Below, piece after piece: positions 1 through 8,234 of a stretch of DNA of 32,000 bases. How positions within the stretch are numbered: the first letter of the stretch is position 1; every line of letters starts with the position of its first letter. The stretch is from positions 6,364-38,363 of the forward strand of contig NZ_PGGB02000012.1 of assembly GCF_002803295.2 (NCBI RefSeq), written 5' to 3'. The DNA comes from Caedibacter taeniospiralis. GTDB taxonomy: Bacteria > Pseudomonadota > Gammaproteobacteria > Francisellales > Francisellaceae. The notes beneath the pieces are model-generated. The model saw only the letters and a list, made by a program, of their open reading frames with translations. It was not told where the DNA came from and made no database searches. A program made the position numbers and the translations under genes.

Positions 1-794
1 GAAAGCCCCCCCTCCATGGTGTGCCGCTCCACCATAGGTGTCCACAATAATCTTGCGTCCAGTTAATCCGCAATCACCCACAGGACCGCCGATGACAAAT
101 TTACCTGTGGGGTTAACAAAATAGCGAGTTTTAGCTGTGATCCATTCTCTTGGCAAAACAGGTAAGATGATTTCTTCAATGACTGCTTCTTTAATCACAT
201 GATATGGAATTTCAGGTGCATGTTGTGTTGAGATAACTACTGTATCTACGCCAATCGGTTTGCCATTGACATAGCGCAGTGTCACCTGACTTTTGGCATC
301 TGGTCTAAGCCAGGAAAGCGTTTTGTTTTTGCGTAAAAATGCCTGACGCTGCATGAGTTTATGCGAATAATAGATGGCTGCAGGCATTAGCGTAGGTGTT
401 TCATTGGTGGCAAAACCAAACATTAATCCCTGGTCCCCCGCTCCTTGATCAAGAGGGTTTGCGCGATCAACGCCTTGAGCGATTTCAGAGGATTGTTTGC
501 CGATAGCATTAATAACCGCACAGCAATTACCATCAAAACCCAGGTCATCTTTATCGTAACCGATACCAATCACGACGTTGCGCACGATTTCTTCAATATC
601 AACCCATGCTGAAGTGGTGATTTCACCTGCTACCAGTGCCATTCCTGTTTTAACCAAGGTTTCGCAGGCCACACGTGCGTGTTTGTCCTGTATGAGAATG
701 GCATCCAGGATGGCATCAGAAATCTGATCGGCGATTTTATCAGGATGACCTTCAGAAACAGATTCAGAGGTAAATAGAAAATCATTTGCCATGG
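1..794 (-). CDS. metK: S-adenosylmethionine synthetase, C-terminal end runs off the left edge
   Basis: Reverse-strand translation starts [33 protein letters not shown] and includes [17 protein letters not shown] and [29 protein letters not shown], all MetK signatures. ATG at 794..792. Missing from the ORF track because its stop lies outside the window. Confidence 0.97.
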
Positions 795-802
795 TGTATT
801 AT

Positions 803-834
803 CCTTTTGTGTTTGTTGCAAGCTAAAAGGATTC
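803..834 (-). promoter_or_regulatory. Inverted repeat in the metK 5' leader overlapping its likely Shine-Dalgarno sequence
   Basis: ATCCTTTT (803-810) and AAAAGGAT (827-834) are perfect reverse complements, 8 bp with a 16-nt loop. The mRNA-sense AAAAGGAT lies 8 nt upstream of the metK ATG. Confidence 0.4.
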
Positions 835-978
835 TATAGAGTGAAGAGGGAAATTATAGAAACGCTTTAGCGGTGTTATTTTTTGTCGCCCGCAAGTTGT
901 GGTTAAATCAGCGACAGTGTTAATTCCATCAGCGATGCTAGCCTCATTATGACTGAGTGTCAAAGCGTTTAATAAAAA

Positions 979-1317
979 TTATTTGGCTTGATTGATGATT
1001 TCCTGTAATTCACCATTTTCATGCAACTCAAGAATAATATCGCAACCTCCGATAAGCTCACCATTGACATAAAGTTGCGGAAAGGTCGGCCAATTGGCAT
1101 ATTTTGGTAAGGTTGCACGAATCTCAGGATTCTCCAGAATATTGACAAAAGCAAATGGTTTTCCACAGGCTTGAATTGCTGCAACAGCATGAGCTGAAAA
1201 ACCGCATTGAGGCATTTTAGGAGTTCCCTTCATATACAGTAAAATACCATTGTTAGCAATTTGTGATTGTATCGTTTCGATTACTTTTGCTTCATCAAAG
1301 TTATGGTTTATATTCAT
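979..1317 (-). CDS. grxD: Monothiol glutaredoxin, Grx4 family
   Basis: MNINHNFDEAKVIETIQSQIANNGILLYMKGTPKMPQCGFSAHAVAAIQACG with CGFS active site and WPTFPQLYVNGELIGGCDI. The ATG at 1317 fits the family better than the track start at 1470. Confidence 0.96.
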   Translation of the reverse strand: MNINHNFDEAKVIETIQSQIANNGILLYMKGTPKMPQCGFSAHAVAAIQACGKPFAFVNILENPEIRATLPKYANWPTFPQLYVNGELIGGCDIILELHENGELQEIINQAK

Positions 1318-1424
1318 TTTGATTTCCTTTGGTTGCCTAAACTTGAAAAGGTACGAGATTAGTATTATATTGCGCGCAGTATATATCAGATTCCAAATTT
1401 CGGTCAATAAACAAGGAGCAAGAA

Positions 1425-2018
1425 ATGTTTGAATTACCACAGTTACCATATCCAAAAAATGCGTTAGCACCCATTATTTCTGAAGAAACCATAGAGTATC
1501 ACTATGGCAAACATCATCAAGCATACGTCACGAATTTAAATAATTTGTTAAAAGCAGATGAGCATAAAACGTTTGCAGGAAAATCTTTAGAAGAAATTAT
1601 TTTAACTTCCAAAGCGGGTGTATTTAATAATGCAGCACAAATCTGGAATCATACCTTTTACTGGAATTGTTTAACCCCAAATGCCAAGGCAAAGCCAGAG
1701 CCAGAGGGTAAACTATTGCAGGCGATTGAGAAAAAGTTTGGTAGCTTTGAAGCCTTTAGAGAGGACTTCAATAAAACAGCCGTCACAACTTTTGGTTCTG
1801 GCTGGGCGTGGCTCGTTAAAGCCAAATCAGGTGAGCTTGAACTTGTGAGTACGAGTAACGCGGGATGTCCATTGACAGAGGGGCATATCCCACTACTAAC
1901 CTGTGATGTGTGGGAGCATGCGTATTATATTGATTACCGCAATGCGCGTCCAAAATATGTAGAAGAATTCTGGCATATCATTAATTGGGATTTTGTTGCA
2001 AAACAGTTTGCAAAATAA
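1425..2018 (+). CDS. sodB: Superoxide dismutase, Fe type
   Basis: [77 protein letters not shown]. Confidence 0.97.
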   Translation: MFELPQLPYPKNALAPIISEETIEYHYGKHHQAYVTNLNNLLKADEHKTFAGKSLEEIILTSKAGVFNNAAQIWNHTFYWNCLTPNAKAKPEPEGKLLQAIEKKFGSFEAFREDFNKTAVTTFGSGWAWLVKAKSGELELVSTSNAGCPLTEGHIPLLTCDVWEHAYYIDYRNARPKYVEEFWHIINWDFVAKQFAK

Positions 2019-2264
2019 ACCCTCACCCAAAATCTCCGTTTGTCGAGGAGTCTATATTTCACTTTTATTTCCTAAGATTACGTGTATGTGGTTGATTGTT
2101 TCTATTTTAATCAAAATATCTTTAAATATTCCTGTACCTTTCATTAAATTCAGGTAGAATACCGCCTGAATTTATCAACAACATACTCGTCACGTATCGT
2201 TTGTAGTCGTTTAAAACGCAGAAGGGCAGTGATTGGTATCATAACTTTTGGGTTTTAAATCATT

Positions 2265-3998
2265 ATGAATACTGAAATACAAGGCTTAAGCTTTCAAGAC
2301 TTAGGCTTAAATGAAAAATTATTGTCTGCCATTGAATCAATGGGTTACCAGACGCCGACGCCAATTCAGGCAAACACCATTCCGTTTGTACTCCAGGGTC
2401 GCGATGTTTTAGGGCAGGCGCAAACAGGAACGGGTAAAACGGCTGCTTTTGCGTTACCTCTATTGAATAATATGGATTTGACCATCCAGGAACGTATGCC
2501 GCAAGTTTTGGTGCTAACACCAACACGCGAGCTTGCGATTCAAGTGGCTGAGGCTTTTGAAACATTCTCTAAGAATATCGCTAAGCTTGAGGTCGCTTCG
2601 ATTTACGGTGGTCAGGAATACGGGCGCCAAATCCAGGCACTTCGCCGTGGTGTACACGTCATTGTCGGTACCGCAGGACGCGTGATGGATCATATGCGTA
2701 AAGGCACATTAAAACTAGACACCTTAAAAGCGCTGGTGCTTGATGAAGCAGATGAAATGCTGCGCATGGGCTTTATCGATGATGTTAAATGGGTTTTATC
2801 ACATACGCCAGAATCCTGCCAGCGTTTACTGTTTTCAGCAACCATGCCGCGCGATGTGCTGGACATCGTGCATGAATATTTGCGTGAACCTTGTAAAGTG
2901 CAGATCAAAACAAAAACAGCTACAGCAAAAACGATTCATCAGCGTTTCTTAGTGATCAAAGGCTTATCTAAATTAGACGCACTTGATCGCATTTTAGAGA
3001 TTGAAGATACCGATGGCGTGATGGTTTTTGTCAAAACGAAAACTTCCACTATTGAGGTTGCTGATGGTTTGAAAGCACGTGGTCATTTGGCAGTAGCCAT
3101 TAATGGTGATATGCAGCAAAACCAGCGTGAATATATTATTGATCAGCTCAAGTCATCGAAGATCAATGTTTTAGTCGCCACTGATGTTGTGGCACGTGGC
3201 TTGGATGTTGAACGCATTAGCCATGTCATTAACTACGATTTGCCACAAGACAATGAAGCCTACGTACACCGTATTGGACGGACGGGGCGCGCGGGACGCG
3301 AAGGTGATGCCATTTCTTTAATCTATACAAGAGACTTACGTCAGTTACGCACACTTGAGCGGATGATTCGTGACACGATGGAAGAAATGCAGCTCCCAGG
3401 TGCAAAAGAAATTACTGACAAACGCATTGTGCGCTTTAAGCATGAAGTAGCTGAGATCATTCGCCACAAAGATTTAACGAAGTTCAGAGCACTAATGCAG
3501 GAGTTTGCAACTGAATATGGCTCTGAAGCTGAAGATATGGTGGCAGCCTTAGCATTTTTGGCACAAGGAGATAGACAGCTTTTTGTTAAAGAAATTCAGG
3601 TACAGGAAACAGGAAGAACTGAGCGTGGATATGGCGATCGTGATGGTCGTCGCAATGAGGGGCACGGTAATCATAGAGATGATCGCAGCGCTCGAGGAGG
3701 TAGTCGCGAAAGAGGTTCGCGCGATGCTCGTGAAAGAAACCCACGTCATTCATCGGATTTGGAGATGACGACCTATCGCATTGAAGTGGGGCGTAATGAT
3801 GGGGTGGAGCCACGTAATATTGTTGGCGCAATTGCCAATGAAGCGGGGATCAATAGTCGCAACATCGGGCATATTAAATTATTTGACCAGTTTAGTACGG
3901 TGGATTTGCCAAGTAATACGCCTAAAAACGTCATAGAGCACCTAAAGAAAGTCTGGGTAGCGGGCAAAAAGCTTGAAATCAAAGAAGACAGAAGATAA
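2265..3998 (+). CDS. deaD: DEAD-box ATP-dependent RNA helicase, DeaD/CsdA type
   Basis: Q motif TPTPIQANTIP, AQTGTGKTAAF, PTRELA, DEAD, SATMP, HRIGRTGRAGREG; an R/G/D/E-rich linker and a C-terminal DbpA-like RNA-binding domain (YRIEVGRNDGVEPRNIVGAIANEAGI). Confidence 0.96.
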   Translation: MNTEIQGLSFQDLGLNEKLLSAIESMGYQTPTPIQANTIPFVLQGRDVLGQAQTGTGKTAAFALPLLNNMDLTIQERMPQVLVLTPTRELAIQVAEAFETFSKNIAKLEVASIYGGQEYGRQIQALRRGVHVIVGTAGRVMDHMRKGTLKLDTLKALVLDEADEMLRMGFIDDVKWVLSHTPESCQRLLFSATMPRDVLDIVHEYLREPCKVQIKTKTATAKTIHQRFLVIKGLSKLDALDRILEIEDTDGVMVFVKTKTSTIEVADGLKARGHLAVAINGDMQQNQREYIIDQLKSSKINVLVATDVVARGLDVERISHVINYDLPQDNEAYVHRIGRTGRAGREGDAISLIYTRDLRQLRTLERMIRDTMEEMQLPGAKEITDKRIVRFKHEVAEIIRHKDLTKFRALMQEFATEYGSEAEDMVAALAFLAQGDRQLFVKEIQVQETGRTERGYGDRDGRRNEGHGNHRDDRSARGGSRERGSRDARERNPRHSSDLEMTTYRIEVGRNDGVEPRNIVGAIANEAGINSRNIGHIKLFDQFSTVDLPSNTPKNVIEHLKKVWVAGKKLEIKEDRR

Positions 3999-4083
3999 TG
4001 CAGCTTTTTGCTGTGGATGATGAAAAAATCAGCCGAGGTTCAATGCCAGAAACTCCTGCTTTGACAGAATTTCACAGCCAATT

Positions 4084-4371
4084 TTAATGTGTGACTATGG
4101 GGATAAACTTTAAAGCAATTGGAACTAAAATAGCGAGAACGACAGTACTCATAAGCCATTTAAAATTGCTATCAATACGGTTGTCTAACTTGTCAATACG
4201 GTTGTCTAACTTGTGAATGCGACTATCAAGTCGGTCAATATCCTTTCTTAGGCTATCAATGCTCAGATTTACTTCATTTCTTAAGGTTGAAATATCTTCT
4301 CTTGTTGCAGCGTGCATTAAGATGTCAACTAACTTATCTTGTGTAATTGTTACTCTCATCTCGTCACTCAT
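4084..4371 (-). CDS. Small coiled-coil protein with a C-terminal transmembrane segment, function unknown
   Basis: 95-aa ORF with heptads RLDSRIHKLDNRIDKLDNRID followed by hydrophobic WLMSTVVLAILVPIALKFIPIV. Confidence 0.7.
   Translation of the reverse strand: MSDEMRVTITQDKLVDILMHAATREDISTLRNEVNLSIDSLRKDIDRLDSRIHKLDNRIDKLDNRIDSNFKWLMSTVVLAILVPIALKFIPIVTH
4172..4213. repeat. Perfect 21-nt tandem duplication (2 copies) in the coiled-coil gene
   Basis: TCAATACGGTTGTCTAACTTG occurs at 4172-4192 and again at 4193-4213. It encodes one 7-residue heptad per copy. Confidence 0.95.
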
Positions 4372-4644
4372 TTTGCTGCTCCCGTGAATTTATCTGGACG
4401 CTATCATAGCACTAAAGTAGTTTAAACAAAATGAGCAAATTAGCCAATTTTGGCGTATGGCTTGTCCCTTTTTGGTAGACTCAAGATCATATTTAAATGT
4501 AATTTTTTTTCTCGCTTAAAGTAAAAGAAATTTTATCAATGTGTTGCAGGTGCAAAATCAGTAAAGCTATGTTATGTTACCTCGCATGCAAGTCTTGAGG
4601 ACATTATACAAAAGTAGATGCTTTTATTACAAAGGAGAGTGAGC

Positions 4645-5469
4645 ATGAAGGCAATCAGCAAGTATGTTTCTAAGAAGCCCGATTATCGGGGACTGGTGAG
4701 CTACAATGAGATTGAAAACAACACCTGGCAAACACTTATTCAGCAGCAGCTGGAGATTGTTAAAACCAGGGCATGTGATGAATATTTGTCAGGGCTTCAG
4801 CTGTTGAATTTCCCCTTAAATCGTATTCCGCAAATACCCGATGTTAATCAGTGCTTGCAAAAAACGACAGGATGGTCAGTTGAGCCTGTGTCGACACTGA
4901 TTGGTTTTGATCGCTTTTTTAAATTATTATCTGAACGCAAGTTCCCGTGTGCGACATTTATTCGCACACCTGACGAGCTTAAATATTTACAGGGGCGAGA
5001 TATATTTAATGAGCTATTTGGGCATTGCCCGATGTTGACGCATTCTGTATATGCCGACTTTATGCAGCGTTATGGTGAGTTAGGGGTTGGTCAGCCTCAT
5101 GATATCCAAAGGCTTCTTGCACGTTTTTACTGGTTTACGGTTGAATTTGGTTTGATTAATACGCCCCAAGGTTTGCGTTGCTATGGTGGTGGGGTTCTCT
5201 CATCAATAGGGGAAACGGTTTATGCGCTAGAGGATCCTTGCGTACGTTATGAACGCTTTGATGCGCTAAATATTCTAAGGACACCGTATCTCATCGATAT
5301 CTATCAACCCGTGTATTATGTCATTCGTTCATATGAGAGTATTTACAACGTGCTTAAAGATGACTTTATTGAGTTAATTAAAAAATCCCAAACACTACCA
5401 GAATTTAAGGCGCTTTATCTGCAAAAGGAAAGACTAGCTGCAGATTTGGAGCTTGAGGCAGTGAAATAA
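4645..5469 (+). CDS. phhA: Phenylalanine-4-hydroxylase
   Basis: MKAISKYVSKKPDYRGLVSYNEIENNTWQTLI, RTPDELKYLQGRDIFNELFGHCPMLTHSVYADFMQRYGELG, WFTVEFGLI. The start at 4645 has AAGGAGAG upstream; the track start at 4618 is upstream of it. Confidence 0.95.
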   Translation: MKAISKYVSKKPDYRGLVSYNEIENNTWQTLIQQQLEIVKTRACDEYLSGLQLLNFPLNRIPQIPDVNQCLQKTTGWSVEPVSTLIGFDRFFKLLSERKFPCATFIRTPDELKYLQGRDIFNELFGHCPMLTHSVYADFMQRYGELGVGQPHDIQRLLARFYWFTVEFGLINTPQGLRCYGGGVLSSIGETVYALEDPCVRYERFDALNILRTPYLIDIYQPVYYVIRSYESIYNVLKDDFIELIKKSQTLPEFKALYLQKERLAADLELEAVK

Positions 5470-5496
5470 ACATATTGGCTAGTTTAAGGAAGATAG

Positions 5497-5832
5497 ATGG
5501 AAAATCGGCTAGATAAAAAATGCCAGGCTTGTGAATATGGTGATGTTGCGCCATTTAGCATTAAAGAGGCAAAACAATATCTTCAAAAAATATCACTTTG
5601 GCAGTTAAGTGCTTGTGGTAAAAAAATTTCACGTACATTTGATTTCAAAGGTTTTTATAAAACGATGGCATTTGTCAACGCCGTGGCATGGGTTGCTAAT
5701 AGCGAAGGACATCATCCTGATATGGAGATCAGTTTTAACCGCTGTATTGTGCATTTTACAACACATGCCGTTGGTGGTTTAACGGAGAATGATTTTATTT
5801 GTGCCGCAAAGGTCGATGCGTTGTTAAGTTAA
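5497..5832 (+). CDS. phhB: Pterin-4a-carbinolamine dehydratase
   Basis: FDFKGFYKTMAFVNAVAWVANSEGHHPDMEISFNRCIVHFTTHAVGGLTENDF is typical of PCD. It directly follows phhA. Confidence 0.93.
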   Translation: MENRLDKKCQACEYGDVAPFSIKEAKQYLQKISLWQLSACGKKISRTFDFKGFYKTMAFVNAVAWVANSEGHHPDMEISFNRCIVHFTTHAVGGLTENDFICAAKVDALLS

Positions 5833-5860
5833 AATCCACTACTATTAGTGTAGTGCGATT

Positions 5861-6017
5861 GAATTTGAGGATAAGGCAGTTGCCATGCGATTCAAGGAAT
5901 TGGTGCACGTTTTGTAGAGCGTTTTGAAGGAGACCTTAAATAAAGGTTGTCGGTTTACCCGTTGAGGTAGTGAAACAAGTGTTTGTGGACCTGGAAATTC
6001 CCATCACAAAATCATAG
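5861..6017 (+). pseudogene. Degraded C-terminal relic of a Maf-family nucleotide pyrophosphatase
   Basis: Three successive frames give EFEDKAVA (5861-5884), then AIQGIGARFVERFEGDLK (5887-5940), then VVGLPVEVVKQVFVDLEIPITKS (5946-6014, stop 6015-6017). Joined, these match the Maf C-terminal pattern (KAGAYAIQGxGAxFVERIEGxxxNVVGLPL). Confidence 0.72.
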
Positions 6018-6076
6018 ATTATTGATGGCAAGATCCGTACACTGTGCTCATCTAAAAAATTCTAATATTTAAAGAT

Positions 6077-6814
6077 ATGGCAATTGAGCGATTTGAGGTG
6101 CAGTTGGTTGAAACTAAACAAATTGCCCCAAATGTAAAACATCTTGTATTTAAAAAAGTCGATGGCGGCAAATTTGAGTTTGTGCCTGGTCAGTTTATTA
6201 CTTTTTTATTTGACCACGAGGATGCGAAAGTAAGGAGGCGAAGTTACAGTGTGGCGAGTATTCCTGACCAGACAAATGACATTGAAATTGCTATTTCATA
6301 CGTTGAGGGTGGAATAGCTTCGGAGCATTTATTTAATATGCAGCCAGGGGATAAGTTTAATGCCATGGGACCCGCGGGACGTCTGGTGTTAAAAGAGGAC
6401 GAGAGGATTCGTAAACTTCTTTTGGTTGGAACGGGTACTGGTATTGCCCCATATCGTGCGATGCTACCAACACTAAAAACGCTGTTAAGCGCCAATATAC
6501 GGGAAGTTCATGTCTTATTGGGGGTGCAGTATCAGGTCGATGAAATTTATGCCGAGGACTTTCGTGAGTATGTTAGTAAACTGGAAAATCTGCACTTTAG
6601 TGTATGTTTAAGTCGTGAGAATAGAGCATTAGCAAAGGATGAAATCAAGGGATATGTCCAGCACTGTTTTGGAAATCTTGACCTTGATTCTAAGCAGGAT
6701 GTTGTGTATTTATGTGGCAATCCTAATATGATTGATGACTCCTTTGCCTTGCTAACAGAGCGTGGATTTGATGCAAAACGTGTGCGTCGCGAGAAATATA
6801 TTTCTTCAAATTAA
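6077..6814 (+). CDS. Ferredoxin-NADP reductase-like FAD/NAD(P)-binding oxidoreductase
   Basis: PGQFITFLF, RRSYSVAS, LLLVGTGTGIAPYRAM, VYLCGNPNMIDDSFALLTERGF: FNR-type FAD and NAD(P) motifs. Confidence 0.88.
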   Translation: MAIERFEVQLVETKQIAPNVKHLVFKKVDGGKFEFVPGQFITFLFDHEDAKVRRRSYSVASIPDQTNDIEIAISYVEGGIASEHLFNMQPGDKFNAMGPAGRLVLKEDERIRKLLLVGTGTGIAPYRAMLPTLKTLLSANIREVHVLLGVQYQVDEIYAEDFREYVSKLENLHFSVCLSRENRALAKDEIKGYVQHCFGNLDLDSKQDVVYLCGNPNMIDDSFALLTERGFDAKRVRREKYISSN

Positions 6815-6931
6815 TAACCCTAAATGCTTGAGAGACAACGCGCTTTGCGTTATGATGTCGAGCGTTTTACTCTGCGGTGCCTAAGATGGGCTTAGGTGGC
6901 GGCGAGAATTTAGCTAAAGAGGTAAGTAAAC

Positions 6932-7150
6932 ATGAATTTAGAGATTCAACCAAAATATGAAAGTGTTTCAGTAAGCTGCAGTTGTGGTAATAGGTTTGAA
7001 ACGCGTTCAACTAGGTGTAAGGATATTCAGCTGGATGTGTGCTCCATGTGTCATCCGTTTTACACAGGCAAGCAACGTGTGGTTGATACTGCGGGTCGCG
7101 TAGATAGCTTCCAAAAACGCTTTGGTGACCTGAAGTCTCGTAAGTTATAG
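6932..7150 (+). CDS. rpmE: 50S ribosomal protein L31
   Basis: [43 protein letters not shown]; zinc-binding cysteine-containing L31. Confidence 0.96.
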   Translation: MNLEIQPKYESVSVSCSCGNRFETRSTRCKDIQLDVCSMCHPFYTGKQRVVDTAGRVDSFQKRFGDLKSRKL

Positions 7151-7182
7151 ATTTAATAACACAGAATCTGAATGCTATAATG

Positions 7183-7203
7183 GCGCCGTAAAGGCGCTTT
7201 TTT
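7183..7203 (+). terminator. Rho-independent terminator after rpmE
   Basis: GCGCC-GTAAA-GGCGC stem-loop (7183-7197) followed directly by TTTTTT. Confidence 0.8.
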
Positions 7204-7311
7204 ATTTTTATACTACGCCAAAGAATCAGGCTTGAAGATGAGCTCTCATCGCCTTTAAATCTAGGCATTTCATACTTCGTATTAACTGGTGTTTCGTTAG
7301 GATTTAAAAAA

Positions 7312-7653
7312 TTGATGCGTAGTTCCCGTGAGTTCTCGTCCATAGGCAAAGAATTTTGCGGAAAAAATCTTGGAACGATACATACATTTCAAGGGAAGCA
7401 GTCTGATATTGTCATTTTCTTGCTAGGTGGTAATCCTAATAAATATGGGGCAATAAACTGGGTCTCAGGAACAGTAAATATGATTAACGTTATAGTTAGT
7501 CGTGCAAAGGCAGTTTTAAAAGTTGTCGGGAATAGCAATGTTTGGGGCGCATCAGGATATGTCGCTGATGTAAATATGGCGCTGCTTAGTAGCTCACCAA
7601 AAATGTATTCTCATGATTGGGTTGAAAAACCTAAAGACATAGCAGCGATTTAG
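7312..7653 (+). pseudogene. C-terminal fragment of a superfamily 1 helicase (AAA_12-like), probable remnant
   Basis: 113 aa with only motifs V and VI: GTIHTFQGKQSDIVIFLLGG and NMINVIVSRAKAVLKVVGNSNVW. No Walker A/B or other N-terminal helicase motifs are visible before the rpmE terminator. Confidence 0.7.
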
Positions 7654-7688
7654 TTTAAAAGGTAGAAAAACAGGAGATATTTAACCAC

Positions 7689-8090
7689 ATGAGTTTTACA
7701 GTGAAGATACCAGTAAGATGGGCAGATACGGATGCTTATCAGCACGTGAATAACAGTGTTTATTTCAGGTATTTTGAAGAAGTTCGCTTCCAGTGGCAAG
7801 AAGGGCAGTTAAGGTTTAAGCAATGGACTAAAGCACATGCTCTGCAATTTGTCATTGCATCGCAAAAGGCAGATTATAAAAAGCCAGTTACTTATCCGAA
7901 TATGCTAAAAATCAAGCAAACACCACTTATGATAAGCAACTCAAGTTTTACCTTGGCTTATGAAATCACGCTAGAGAATGACGACAATGTTTATTGTACT
8001 GGTGAGGTAAAGTTGGTTTGTTTCGATCCAAAGACAAAAAGACCTTATAAAATGCCAGATGACATTAAATCGCTATTAGAAAACGCATAG
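7689..8090 (+). CDS. Acyl-CoA thioesterase, hotdog fold
   Basis: VRWADTDAYQHVNNSVYFRYFEEVRFQW is the YbgC/4-hydroxybenzoyl-CoA thioesterase-like signature. Confidence 0.88.
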   Translation: MSFTVKIPVRWADTDAYQHVNNSVYFRYFEEVRFQWQEGQLRFKQWTKAHALQFVIASQKADYKKPVTYPNMLKIKQTPLMISNSSFTLAYEITLENDDNVYCTGEVKLVCFDPKTKRPYKMPDDIKSLLENA

Positions 8091-8234
8091 GATGAGTTGA
8101 ATATTAGGCTTCTGCGTTTAAAAATCGCAGGACTAGCTGAGCTAATTTGAACATTTTAAGTGTACACTAACGCAGAAATGCCTGAAAAGACGATGCTTTA
8201 ACGAGGTTTGTATGTCGAACTCACATTAGCAACA

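Noticed and set aside
795-840. Possible SAM riboswitch upstream of metK
   Set aside because: Only a simple 8-bp stem with a 16-nt loop is visible. I could not identify conserved features of known SAM riboswitch classes, so only the hairpin is reported.
1250-1432. 60-aa plus-strand ORF opposite grxD
   Set aside because: Antisense to the grxD 5' end and its promoter region, with no recognisable homology.
3549-3982. Overlapping ORFs on both strands within the 3' end of deaD
   Set aside because: They arise from the R/G/D-rich codon pattern and the C-terminal domain of the helicase; the deaD frame explains the region.
7011-7349. 112-aa minus-strand ORF across rpmE and its terminator
   Set aside because: Crosses a clear rho-independent terminator and lies antisense to rpmE. 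No family match recognised.
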